Shown here one piece after another: positions 11,746-25,900 of a stretch of 64,000 bases of DNA. Position 1 is the stretch's first letter; the number at the start of each line of letters is the position of its first letter. A program made the translations under genes and the position numbers. Below the pieces are notes generated by a model. The model was not told the origin of the DNA, did no database searches, and saw only the letters and a program-made list of their open reading frames with translations. The DNA is from Antedon mediterranea (Eukaryota > Animalia > Echinodermata), in assembly GCF_964355755.1 (NCBI RefSeq), contig NC_092680.1, positions 5,704,001-5,768,000 on the forward strand. Reading direction: 5' to 3'.

Positions 11746-14700
11746 CACTTTTCCATTTTTCATGTTCAATGTGTGTGCATTATATAGTGTACACATACCC
11801 TATCTCACTCATCATGCAATAATATTATATCAATTTTAAAAAAAGAAAAAATTTAATTGAAATATACTGCATTGCATTACATTTTTTATATATCCATACA
11901 TTTAATTTTTGTATACAAACTGATTATGTAATTAAATTCATTGGAGAGAGGGTGCATGTTGCTTATTAAATAGAGGTCTAGAGGGTACTTCTATTGGTAG
12001 TGAGATTAATTGATACCGGCAGTTAATAAAAAAAAAGTTTTAAACATTGATAGTGCGCCAATCTTTCTTTTTCTTTTTGGTCTTTATTTGGTCTATATAG
12101 ACAAACAATATTGATACATTTCTTCAGAGATATCATCACATAATGTATTATACTGCATCATCAACTTTTCCAAACTTCCATTTTTTGTACCTTTAAGTTC
12201 TACAAATCATTACTAGAATGGATGAAGTAAAGTGTTTATCTGTATCTGTATATAGGCATCTGTATTCTGACTGTACCTTGTTCCAGAACTTTTTAAAAAT
12301 TTTCCATAGGCCACTCATGGAGGTATAAAATTAGAATGTTATACATGGGCCACTATATAAACTCAATTGTTTTCAAGTTGTTTGAAATCACCTCATGATG
12401 CTCAACTTGTATTGGGATTCGCAATCAATGACCATGGTATAGTACATATAGCATGACTTGATTTATTTTAAGGATCTTTAGCATTGCCTCTTTGGTCCCA
12501 TACCATATGTAAAATAAAAAGTTCTTGAATTAAGTTGTTTTCAAAATGTATTTCAGAGCAGATCTGATTATTATAAAACAATTTAATAAAAAGTATTTAA
12601 CGAAAGGTATACACACAGTAAAGATTAATATATCAGTGGGTGTTACAGTATAGAGTTCTGTCCAAAAGTATTCTGTGTTTGTAAATAAAAGTTTAAATAA
12701 CTTTTTTACATTCTAACAGTACCGTTTGTAACTTCCATCATTAACTTAGTCTACAGTGTAATATAATATTAATAATTATTAATTATAAAATCTAATTAAC
12801 TTTATTATTTTTTTATATTTATTTAAAATGTGTAAATATCCAAATTCAATTATTTAATTGTCTTCTGTCCTTACTGATTTAGAGGTGGGGATACATAAAG
12901 ACAAGAATTTGCTAAATTAAACAAAAAAATGTATAATTCATTCCGAAATTATAAATAATTTGTTGTTGGCTTACTCCCTGTTTTATAATCCAATTTTAAT
13001 TAATCAAGCTACAACCAGTGATGTAAACAACATCCTAATACATTAAATTTAAATAAAATGTTCATTAATATATATTTTTCAGTCTAATATAGTATGAATT
13101 AGTATGTATATTATTTTCAACAATTTATGTTAAAATTAATTCAATTAATTTGTTTTTTTGGTTTTAAAGAATAAGAAAAAACACTGTATTTGGAAGTACT
13201 TTTCTTTGTTTACTCTATCCTTTTATATGCTCCACCCACTGTAAACATTTCATCACATGACCAATAATGCTTCTGGGCAGTTTGCCAGCTGCAATAATTT
13301 GAATATTCATGTGTAAAAATCACATGATCAAATGCCACGCCAAGAGGAGGTCATGCATGACTAGTTTGAGCTGAATTTTTTTCCAGACACTACTGGGAAT
13401 AAAGTGTGATTTTAATATTAATTTGGTAATCAATTATGCTTAAAACAAAAATTTGATCAAAGTTGAACGTAAATTAATTAAAGTATTAACCCAAAACATA
13501 TGATCTTTTGGCATACTTAAAACATTTTAACGTATTTTTAAAATATTTTTATATAGTATCTACTTCAAAAAGCTTCCACCGATTTAGGGCTCTTTGCATG
13601 ATAAGACTAAGAGAGTATTGAAAATGATAAGAGTGAATAATCAATATATATGTCAGTAATGATTGCCAATTCACTATGTGACACCAGAGTTTGGAAAAGA
13701 TGGCATGTTTAGAAAGAAAATTAATTTTGTTTAAAAGCATTTGTCGTTTATAATGTATGGTTATAACCGGATTTTTTTTTTTTATTAAGCGGGGAGCAAA
13801 AATCAAAATAATAATTTATAATTGTCATTCTTTTTTGTTGATCCAATTAGAAAATATACTTACTTAATTACTTACAGTAGTACTTTTTAGAACTACAAAA
13901 AAAAAACAAAAAAGGACATAAATTATAAATTAATATCAAGATAAGTAAGCTATTATAGTTGATATACTTTTTTATTCTCCCATCTGCAGGATAAAAAAAG
14001 TTTAGACATCCAACATAATAAACAAAGGGTACATCAAGGTAGAATAAACATATAGAAACTGCATGCCTCAATCAATGGAACAAGCTAAACAAGGATAAGG
14101 GAGTGTCATTATGACACAAAGGGAAAGTCCATAACACATAATAAAAGGGAAATGCTGTACAAGGGTTGGAATCAGGAAAGGCCTACAAATGGAGTATATC
14201 ATTAAGATAAGAAAGATGAAAACTGATGTATTGTCCCCCCAAAAAAAATATTAATTAAATCAGACTTTAAATAGGTTATTGTAGTTTTAATCAAGTTATT
14301 CACTTTCACTTATAAAATGACAAAATAAATGGTTAAATTTAACATAAAAATTTGACTATTTTTTGCATTAAATTACATTTTTTTTCTATCCAATATTTGG
14401 TCATCGTGGATAACTGTTATGTGGCATTAAACTGACATATTCAACAAAAATTGTTTGGTTTTTGTTATTTTGTTGAGTGTGACAACACATCTTTAAAAGT
14501 ACAGCAGCAGTACCACAATGACTTTAAACAATTACTCATTTGTACAAAACTCAAATGCATAATTCTGCTCATTGATGTCTTTGTTTACTGGAATTTTTTG
14601 TTTGATTCCATAGGCACGTAATAGCAAAAAACTCGCCAACTACAGGATGATGGATACTCTTTTCTTATAAACTCATTTTAAGCTTAGTTATGAAGTAGAA

Positions 14701-15856
14701 ACAGCCGCAAGTTACAACCCTGGCACTGTTTATTGTATTTAACTACTGTGGAGTAGCATCAGGGAGTTAAGTAATGGTCAGATGTTTTGCCCTACTCTGC
14801 TTTCTTGGGCTCGAATGTAACTCTAGCCATCAGCGGTAGAGAGGTATGAATGCCAGGTTAGTGATCTTGAGGTCATGTGTTCGACTCCCACCTGAGAATT
14901 ATTAAGTGTTCTACAGCCTTGGGGGAGAAAAGCATCAGAGTAGGGCCAAACATCTGACCATAGCTCTGGCCACTATCTTTAGGTCAGAATTGAACCTTTG
15001 CACTACAGTAGTTCAGCATTGAACTCTAGAACTGGGTCAAGTTTGAACCCTGAACCTTGGGATTGGAAGGCAAGCATGTTAAGCAAAGTTTTACACTCTG
15101 AACATGGACCTATAAATTAGCTAAATTATAGGTCCATGCTCTGGATAATAAACGTTCTCAATTATAAATGTCAAGCATAATGTCACTCTATACGGTAAAA
15201 TATAAAAGCTTCTGTCAATTTCCTTATCACCCTTGATTATTCTATTCATATCATGAAACTATATATAATTGAACACACATTATCATCCTATATCCAGTGG
15301 CTTTAATACTATAATAAAATTACTATACAATAATAGTGAAACATCATTAAAATACAGATTTGTATCAGGTATTTGAACACAAGTAAATTTACCAAAAAAT
15401 ACCCTAACTAGCATCAACAATTTTGTAGGAAATAGTTTCAATCTTAATTATCACTATTATTAGCAATACACTATTGCATTGAATTCTATTTACATACAAG
15501 TATTTTTCATTGAGATACAAAAATTAACACATACTATTAAAATACAAAATCATAATGTATAATCAAAACCATGAATAAATATATGAGGTAAAAACCGCTG
15601 TGGCACAGTTTTTAAAAGGTAAAGGGGATGATGGGGAACTGAACTCTGACCTTGTATTATGCTGAGACATATTATCTTTAAGGTTTTTTTTTTTTAATGC
15701 TTGAACCCGAACCTAAACGATTATCTGTCTCAGCAGCCTAGTGTTTAAATACATTATAACTCTGTTTAGCACAAAATTCTTTATTTCACAATTTATATTC
15801 AATTTACATTTAAGATACCAATAAATGTATTTATTTTTTTAGTATCAAGACTGTCC

Positions 15857-15985
15857 GTACCCCTTACCATCGTCAATACCCCTCACCATCATCAATACCC
15901 TTCCCCATTCTTTGTATTTCTGCCCATCCCTGGCACCTCTGCCCATCCCTGGAACCCTTCCCCACCCTCAGAACCCCTCCTCATA
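15857..15985. repeat. Degenerate ~18-bp C-rich tandem repeat
   Basis: ATACCCCTYACCATCRTCA and TCTGCCCATCCCTGG reiterations. Confidence 0.6.
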
Positions 15986-18214
15986 GTCCTATGATAAGGA
16001 TTTCAAATTACAACCATATTAAATATTCAACAGGAAATAAATGCAAAATGTACAATCACAACACAATAGTTGATTTAAATGGTGCCCTTATACTATTAAA
16101 TTGTCACAGAAGAATGACTTCTCCATTCTGTAATATTTTCAGAGTACAACCTACAATATTATTACGGTAACATTCAGTTACAAAATATATTCCAGGTATT
16201 TTTATTGGGAGGGAGACAAAAAGTCATTTTAAAGATGAATATTCTAAGGGATAATCTAGGCTTTTGAAAACGCTGAGGTATGTTTTGAGAGACTACACCT
16301 TGGTGCTGGAGAGTGTGATGGGGGAGGGTGGGTTGGGGGGGGAGGGTTTCTCTGTTTCATGTCAACAACTTGATCACAAAATCCCAGGTACAAGATTTTG
16401 ATAATCTTCTGATAATTGTAATTTTGGTTTTAAAAGAAAAATATTGATTTTTTTTAACATGCCTAATTCACAACAATTTGGCATGAAAAGCCCCATTTTA
16501 ACACTTATTACAAGGATACAATGTGTATCGTAGTTTGATGTGGAACACCTATACAACATTTACTCATTTACTTAAACATACTCCACTTTACATGAAGGGT
16601 AAACGTTCCTATAAAACTTAATGCTTAAATGGTTGCAAATAACTGGTTTTGTATCATATTTTTCATTGTATTAAAAAATACTATAATTATTTACTGATGT
16701 TGTGAAGTCACAGAATCACTGTACATAAATATTTAGTAGATCAAGGCTTACATGTGTAAAAAAAATGTAGTGTTGTAAAATTAAAATGCTAGATACAAAA
16801 TCAGAACAGCATCATTTAACTATTACTGTTACATTATGGTTTGATGATGTGGTTTCTGTAAAGCCTTTGCCTACACTACAAAACACTACCAAATATGGTA
16901 GTGATATGCCAAATATAGTAGTGATATGACTGTTGGAATGGCGCTATATAAATCAAACGATTGATTGATAGATACATGGGCACAAAGTTTGACAGTGTAG
17001 ACAGAGCTTATCATTGGGCTAAATAACAGGTTAAAATTGGGTTATTAAATTACTTTTAATTATAAAAAACATTATTGCATTGTATACTTTAATTAAATTC
17101 AAACCATGAAGTAACTTGTAATATTAGTAAAAAAGAGGCATTATTCGAGGAGCGTATTTAATCAAAGAGGGGCGTTGATTCAAATAAATGCGGTATCTAT
17201 AACAAATTAAACATTTGCAATAAATGTTTTGCAGCAGAGTTTTATCATAAAGACAATAAGGCCAGAAAAAGATATACTTTTATCCATTTCAATGGATGTA
17301 ATTAAAGTCAATGTTATGATTTTATTTATACAAATTCCAAAATTGTTGTGGAGTTGCTAACATTTGTAAGTTTTGGTACGACTGAATATCACGATTTACA
17401 AACATCTTTATTGTTCATCGTTTTAGATACATGGATCAACAGAGTTATAATGCCAGGTTAGTTTTGGTACAGATATTCAAATCATGATTCTGAGTGTACA
17501 CATGTGCACACAATTCACGGCTCTCCGTCATAATTTGACAAAACCTTTACAATCATGCTTTTATTACTGATTTTACAAATAATTATACTGTTATTTTCAA
17601 TAAGTAAAGATAGCAATATAAACATACACTAAGGTTCTAAAGTTAATAGTACCTCATTTAATGTTGATCTGGAGTTTCAGTGTTGCAATGCATTTTTTAA
17701 ATGCTTTTCTTAAATATCAAAATGTTTTGACTGCATTACACAAAAACTAGAAAGGCAATCAAACGTAACATAAATTATGCTTAAAAACTACCCAGTTATT
17801 GATGTGTGTGACAAAAAAGTGTGATGTACTCAAATATGGGAGTGATATGAAGTCCATATATGGGCACATTACATTTTTCTGTCTCATAAAGTTTAATACA
17901 GTGTAGACAGAGCTTTAGATACCGCTCCTTTACTTTTGTTACATGAGCAAAACCGCATACAAACAGTACATATTGAAAGCACTGTATATATCAGAAAAGA
18001 AGTTACATGATCACATACATTGATGCCTTCATTCCAAACCTTATATTACAATATTTTGATTTAAAAATCTAAAGAATAATTTAGTTATACAATATGTCAT
18101 CTTATTTTGTACAAAAATAATTTTATTTGTCAATCATGAAAACATTTTACATACAAGATGATTATCTAAACAGACCTGGTTTAAAATCAGCAAACATAAA
18201 CCCAAACCCATGTG

Positions 18215-18905
18215 TTTTACGCCATGTGTATTCATTCTACACTAAGTGTATTCATTCTACACTATGTGTATTCTACACTATGTGCATTCTACACTATGTG
18301 CATTCTACACTAAGTGCATTCTACAGTATGTGTAGTTTACACTATGTGTAGTTTACACTATGTGTAGTTTACACTATGTGTAGTTTACACTATGTGTAGT
18401 TTACACTATGTGTAGTTTACACTATGTGTAGTTTACACTATGTGTAGTTTACACTATGTGTAGTTTACACTATGTGTATTTTACACTAAGTGTATCCTAC
18501 ACTATGTGTATTCATTCTACACTGTGTGTATTCTACACTATGTATTTCACAGTATGTGTAGTTTACACTATGTGTATTTTACACTAAGTGTATTCTACAC
18601 TATGTGTATTCATTCTACACTGTGTGTATTCTACACTATGTATTTCACAGTATGTGTATTCTACACTATGTATTTCACAGTATGTGTAGTTACACTATGT
18701 GTAGTTACACTATGTGTAGTTACACTATGTGTAGTTTACACTATGTGTAGTTTACACTATGTGTAGTTACACTATGTGTAGTTCACACTATGCATATTTT
18801 ACACTATGTGTAGTTAACACTATGTGTATTTTACACTATGTGTATTCTATATTATATGTGTTTTCCACTATGGGTATTTTACTATACTGCATGTGTTTTA
18901 CACTA
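18215..18905. repeat. Minisatellite, 18-19-bp unit (TACACTATGTGTAGTT[T])
   Basis: Dozens of tandem copies. Explains the C/V/Y-rich spurious ORFs here. Confidence 0.95.
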
Positions 18906-19980
18906 TTAACATGCATTACAAACATTGTGTGCTTTATCAGTATCTCAAAACTACTGTACTAATTAATGATTACTGCCATATAAAAAATGTATTATTATAA
19001 AAGAAATTATTTAATTGTACAAAGTGACACTTCCAACTACAATTGAATCAGTAGATAGCTTCAAGTATACCCTTCACATTTCCTAACAGTGTTTACTCAC
19101 CAGAGCCTTATGCTCTGTCTACACTATAACACTAGTTTGACAAAAAAAGTGTGATGTGGCCAAATATGGTAGTGATATTCCCAAACATGGTAGTGATATG
19201 ATATCACCATGTCCATATATGGGCACATCACATTTTTGTCACATCAAGTTTGAAAGTGTAGACAGAGCTTCTGAAGTTGTTTTGTATGGTTAGGCAATGT
19301 GAAATGGGTAAGGAACTACATCAAATTTGGAGATTGGGGCAGTTGCTGGAGTTATCTCAACACAGTAGTCATCGGTGTCATATTGTGATGTCCTAATACA
19401 ATTTTTACAATCTATCAAATTAATTTCTTTTAAACAATACATAATTTTATATTGTTAAATCTATGACTTGTTTTACAAAACACTAGGTCTTTTTCTTCTT
19501 CTTTGTCGTCCAGCCATCCAGCAATGTCAACATACGTTATGATGATTTCAATCTCCAGTATGACAACTTGCGAATCACTGATATCATTCCTCAACAATTT
19601 AATCGCACAACAGAAATAAATATTGTATACAAAAATGTAAACTTTTACAAATTGAATAATCATATAATTCAGTTGATGCTTCAGACTTCAGAGAATGTGA
19701 TAATGAATTGTTTAACAAATTTATAAATCTGGTTGAAGCAGTCAAAAAAAAACATTGCCGTCATTGGTAACGTTTGTGTTTATTAAACACTATGATCACT
19801 ATCAGTATTAAGAGGCGAATATCCATTATCGGATAGATAAAAGCGACAATTTGTCACCAATAGTGTCATTCCACTTAATGAGTGTCACAAAAATTGACAT
19901 GGTCACCTATCACACGTTTAAATGTACCTTTTTTTAGTGACTCCAAAGGATCGTCTACCATAAAGTCACTTCTGTGTGTG

Positions 19981-22900
19981 CTATAATAGACTGCTGCTGG
20001 GACCACCGGAGTTAAACACAAAAGGTGGCAAAGGGCCATCTACCCACTAAAAAAAAAAATTTGATTATTATTTTACATAAACTATTATTTATTTGACAAT
20101 GTTAGTTATGATGATGATTTTGATGATAATATTAAAAGTGGAGGAAAAAAATTCATTTCTGTGGAACTACTTCAACTGATGATGTTATCAACATTTTATT
20201 AATTTATAGTATATGACAGTTATGGTAATAGATGACGATGATGACAATATATGTAACACATTCAATTGTAATGATGTCAAGTTGAAAATCTCACAAACTA
20301 AAGCGAAAAACATTTGCTGACCGTTCGTTTTTCAAGAATCTGGAACAATTGGCCGAATAAAATTAACATTCTATAAAACTAAAATCACTTTTAAAACAAT
20401 TAAAGACTTTTTATTTCAAAGAATGCAATCACAGTATGGAAAGCGCTCATACTAAATGTGCGCTATATAAGTGTTAATATTAATAAGAGGAGTTGTTTTA
20501 TTAAATTCTACAAATAACAGTAACACATATAATAATCTTAATAAATCAATAAATATTCTAGAAATAGACTTTAAGCAGAGGGCACCAAACAAAATAGAAA
20601 AAAAAATATAACAATGAGATTATTGTACAATAATTAAATGAATAATATATTATGAAGATAAGTATTTACCTGTAACAAATTATGCTCTGGTTGTTGTGAA
20701 GACTGATAATGATCTTCTAATAATTGTTGTGAGAAGTCATTATGCATTTGATAACTTTCTGCTTCTCTAATGGGATCTCTTAACATTTGATACAAATCTT
20801 AAAAACACAACAACAAAAATACACACATTGAATAACTAATCATTAAAGTACATACATATTTTTTTTAAATCTTCTTTCAGATTGTTAGCTCTGTCTACAC
20901 TATCAAATTTTATGAGACAAACTAATGTGATGTGCCCATAATGGACAGGATGATGTCATATCGCTACCATATTGATATTTGTAAATTAGTTTGATAGTGT
21001 AGACAGAGCATAAAAGCTAGTCTACATTTGAGGTTTTGTGCACTTAATGCATACAATGTCAGTCTCCAGTAACTAGTGTGAACAGGAACCACAAACGCAA
21101 AGTTGAAAAAATAAATTCTATAAAGTTTGCTAATTTAACTAGGCTTTACAGAGTTAATTTTTTTAAACAAGACTATCTTTAGGCAGGCTCAAAATATCCA
21201 GTAATTTGGAGGCCATTTGGGATCTTAGACATTCATAGAGCAGAATTTCATTCACCATTTATTTTCAATTTTGATAGCACAGAAAAGTTTATAAATTTAG
21301 AAAGCAGGCCTACTAACCTCTTAATAATGCTGATGCCCAAAGCTGGACATGTAAATCTGGGATTTTACTGGCAAGTTGCATTGCAGGAGACACCATATTC
21401 ATACTCTCCTGAAAATAAAAGAAAAAATATGAAAAAATGGAGGACATATAAGAAATGGTGCAAACTAGGTACAACCATACTAATAACCATGAGTTTTATT
21501 TTTGTTTTAATATACTTAGGCAAATTGCCAAGGATAACCACAAGAAAATTCATTCACTATCTTCTTAAAGGTGGCAATCCCGTTTACAAGACAAACATAT
21601 CCACAAGATGCTCTACATAAAGTCTTATTACAAGTCTTTGGGAGAAATTTATCATCGAGACAAAATGACAGGACTTAAACCCAGGACCCCTGGATTGGTA
21701 GCCAAGCATCATAACCACCAACCACATTATGCAACATTATTTTAGCCCATCCTCAAATTGGGTATTCAAAAGATAGGCTTACACAAGAATATGGTAGATA
21801 CCGTTGTATTAAAATTTGTTATCACACGTTAAAACCATCAGTACATAGGAATAATAATTGTAATTTTAACTTTTTCTAACATGGAGGTTTATAATATATT
21901 GTTGAACGGTTTGCACGGCAAATAAACACTAGTAAAGTTAGGTTTGCGGTAAACCATGTGTTTGCGAAAAGGAAATAATTTATGGTTAAAATGTCTTGAT
22001 GCAATGTTATGCTGCAAACCTCTTCTGGAGATTTATACTGTACTCAGAATCAAGGTTAGTACAAATAAAATGCAAATTATCTAGATGGATGTGTAGTCTA
22101 AAGACCCATTTACACTAGGGTGACAACGATTGAAAATAAATATGCATTTTCATACCTGAAACAAAAGAATTTAACAACTTTTCATCCTAGAACTATAGGA
22201 TAATCAACTTTCATGAAATTAATTTTCCAATGATGTCATGATTAGTAAGAGCAATAATATCATAACAATACAACAATTGTATTGTTTTTAGTGATCATAA
22301 CGTCATTTGATTTGATTTTTTAAAATATAATTTGTATTAAGACAGCATAAATGATTATCCTATAGTTCTAAAACAAAAACTTTTCTAATTTCTTTTGTTT
22401 TATGTAAGAAAAACGTATGTTCATCTATTTATCGTCCTAGTGTAAATGGACCTTAAACCTAAACCTGAATCGGTGGTGACAAAACTTACTGTTGTGTTGC
22501 CAACTGATAGAAATATGTGTCCTAGCAACACGAGTGAGCATGCTGTTAATCGGTTCAGATCTTCTAAGTTTGTCATCTTTAATGTTTCCCTCAAGTATCG
22601 TCTGAAAATTATTTTATAAAAGATTGAAAACTTGAGTAAAAAGTGTTAAAATAAGTTTAATCTCTATGTATTGTAATTAAGTGTATATGAGAAGTTAACA
22701 CAAGCTCCAGTTCTATCTAGGACATACTGTACACTAATTCATACTCCAGTTATTTTACGCCGAAACCAGGGAAGAGTGTTTCCTGCTGAAACTATATGAA
22801 TATTCATAGATTTAGTCCTCATGAATATTATGAAGTAACACCAAGCTCATAATAGTGTTATATTCATTATTTAGGAACTATTTTAGTAATTTGAAGTCAC

Positions 22901-25900
22901 TCTTCTATTTGAATATTATACAACATAACTAAACAACAGAATCATAACATACTTAGCTTCATTATATCTAGCCTGAAAGAAAGCATGTAGTCCCCTGACA
23001 TAGTAACCAGCCGCTCGCAAACTGTGAGATGCGATTTGTGTTCTCTCTGGATCAATCCTCTCTAAAATAGTAGCAAGCTACATACAAAGACAAATGATGA
23101 ATACAATTAACAACTAATGTGTATATATTTTAGAATAGTGATTTTATTTGTATCCTAATTGGAATCCAATTGCACACTGTATTTTAATATCATCTTAATA
23201 TCACAACCCCAATTGCATTTAAGAGCTCTTTAATAGTTTTAATATTTTATTTGTTTCTTTGTTATTTTTTTTGGGGATAAATCCAACTACACACAAAATT
23301 GTAAAATCTATGTTAAAAACACCTCTATATGTCGACAAAATAGCATTTTCTAAAAGCTCTTTTCAGTTTTACGATTTACTTTTTTTGCTCATGTGCAACA
23401 TACAGCGGTTATGCAAAAAGAATGTACACATGTACATATATAATGAAATAAAACTTACATCTTGTTGTTTTCCTGTCCTTAAATATACAATGGCTAAGTT
23501 AAATGAGATGAATTGCCAAAGCTCTGTACTTGATGTTGACTAGATGGAAACAAATAAACACATTTATATATAGTTTAGATTAATATACACGTGTAAAGAG
23601 AATTGTGAGAATTCAAATCTTGAGACTATTTTGTGTTATTAAACAAGATACTCCAATTCCATTTCTATTTTTTTTTATGGGAATTATGCTACATACACAT
23701 ATGTTTACATTTGCATGATATAGAAAACTTAGTACACTAATCAAACAGAGCAGGGAATGTCTCAGTGTGTTGATCGGTAGAAGCTTCCTATTTTGATTCG
23801 TGACACTATTTGGATTAAGTTAATTCATTGGCAGATTATAGGTTGGCACAAATCGAAAGCTCCCTAATATAAGATATTGAGCGAGTCAATTGGCCGAACG
23901 GTTAAGGCAGGGGTGACCTTTACCTAAAGAGCCAACAATATCGACATGGCTTTGAGGCCAACTCACTCCTAGTTGTGATGGTGGAACAAGTCTTCTATTA
24001 AGATAAGGACTATAAACCTTAGGTCAAGTGTACACAATTTATCTATGTGCACTTTAAAGAACCCAGTTTATTATTCAAGATGAGTAGGGGCTAACCCGGT
24101 GAACTGGTTCACAAATAGAAAGTGATTAATTTACAATTGTCATTGATATTCCTTGTCCGCATGTACCTAAATACATAAAGTAAAAAAACATATTGAAAAA
24201 AATATTATATATACCCTTAATGCTGTGTTGAATTGAACCTCTGCTCTCTCCATGCAGTTCATTGACATTGCGTAAAGTCCTAATAACGTGTGTAACTGGG
24301 AACCATGAGTACTAAATAACCGTGGGTTTTGAGTACACACTTGGCAAGCTTGTGAAATCTGTAACAAAAAGTATTTAACAGTATAGTAGGTAAAGTAAAT
24401 GCATAGATCATCTTTTGTTTGGCCTTCATTTCCAGGAAGCATTATATTTCCCATACTAAAGCAGAAATCATGAATAATGCATGAACTATAGTTATTCTCT
24501 ATATTACTTGATAGCTTTAATACCTATACCCTAAATACTGTATTAACTTACTCTTAAAGGCCAATTTACAGAGAGGAGTGGTAACAGTAAGCGGAAAACC
24601 GTTTAGCTTGTCACACATATAGACTAGGCTATGAATGAGGTAGGTGCCACCCGGAGAGGTAGAAATTCTCATATGACTTTTCTAGACCAGTTTTTTCTGG
24701 GGAATCCAAATATATTGGGTAAACGGGCTGTAACCTGAGAACTTTCGCGTGAGGGCGCTTTTTTCAAAATGGCTGCCAGTTACAGTAGACTATGATATCT
24801 TGGCAACCACTGGTCATAGAGAGTTGATTTTGGTGTCAAATTGTTCGGAGTGTACATGTTCCTATTTGATGTAATAGAACATTTTGTCAGAAAATGGCCG
24901 GAAATACCTCTATTGACCTTTGACCCAATATCTAACAGATATCATATCTTCGTAACTACTCGACACAGAAAGTTGTAATTGGTGTCAAACTCTCCAGAAT
25001 ATAGATGTTTATATTCAAACTAATAGAACATTATCTGTAAAAATGACCGGAAATAACGTTACTGACCTTTGACCCAAAATGCAAGACATTTCTCCCATCT
25101 GATCACGTTAATCTTGTCAATTAATTCATTTTGTGCCAATTGGAGGTTGACATTCTCATATTATTTTCTGGACCAGTTTTTCATGTGCAATCCGAATATA
25201 TGAGATAAATAAGCCATAACAAGGCCAAGAATTTAATTCTCTTTTACTACATAAATGCTTCCCTTTAGTGTTTCAGACTGTATGTCTTGTATTAATCTTC
25301 AAGATCGCTCACATCACTGCAATCTGAAAAGTCTTCATATTCATTATGTGTAAACAGTTCCTGGACATCAGTGGGAATCACTGTCTCAATCCATTTAGGC
25401 TCCATTTGTTCGTTCCATCCATTGTGTGTACTGTTGTTGACAAAATCATTGACGTCTGCTGATTGCCATTCTTTAGTAATGAAGTTTGCTCTAAGTATAT
25501 GAAACTCAAGGGTCTGCTGACATAGTGGCAGTAATGATATATCTGTAATCTTGTTGTGTCTGGAAAACTTTCTGTTGAAGGTATCATATCTTGCTTGATT
25601 TACACTTTTCCCCTTCACTCCATACAATAGTGAAACATACTCTTCAAATTCCTCATACAACTCTTTTGATGGAACATCTGACACTCCAAGGTTGCAGAAT
25701 GCGTCAACAAATTTTGCTTTTGATTCCAGAAGCTTCCAGCAGGTACGTTTTCCTTTCCGAAAGAAAGCGGAGTTATAAGCGTTACCTGTGAAAGCATGGA
25801 ATCCAATAAGGGATGATTTCTGCGCTTTTGTTAAATCAATGTCACTCAATTTCAGTACCTTTCGGTATTTCCCAGTGTTTGTATCAATAATTACCCTCTG

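Noticed and set aside
16318-16348. G-run cluster with G-quadruplex potential; also poly-G at 5121 and poly-C at 28368
   Set aside because: Low-complexity runs with no supporting context.
18127-18962. Cys/Val/Tyr-rich ORFs and a CRISPR-like appearance
   Set aside because: Tandem units with no unique spacers, no cas genes, and a eukaryotic context.
19535-19585. ATGATGA...CTGA snoRNA-like boxes and nearby ORFs
   Set aside because: Only ~45 nt, no terminal stem, and opposite strand to MAU2. The ORFs lack recognisable features, and the region is probably MAU2 3' UTR.
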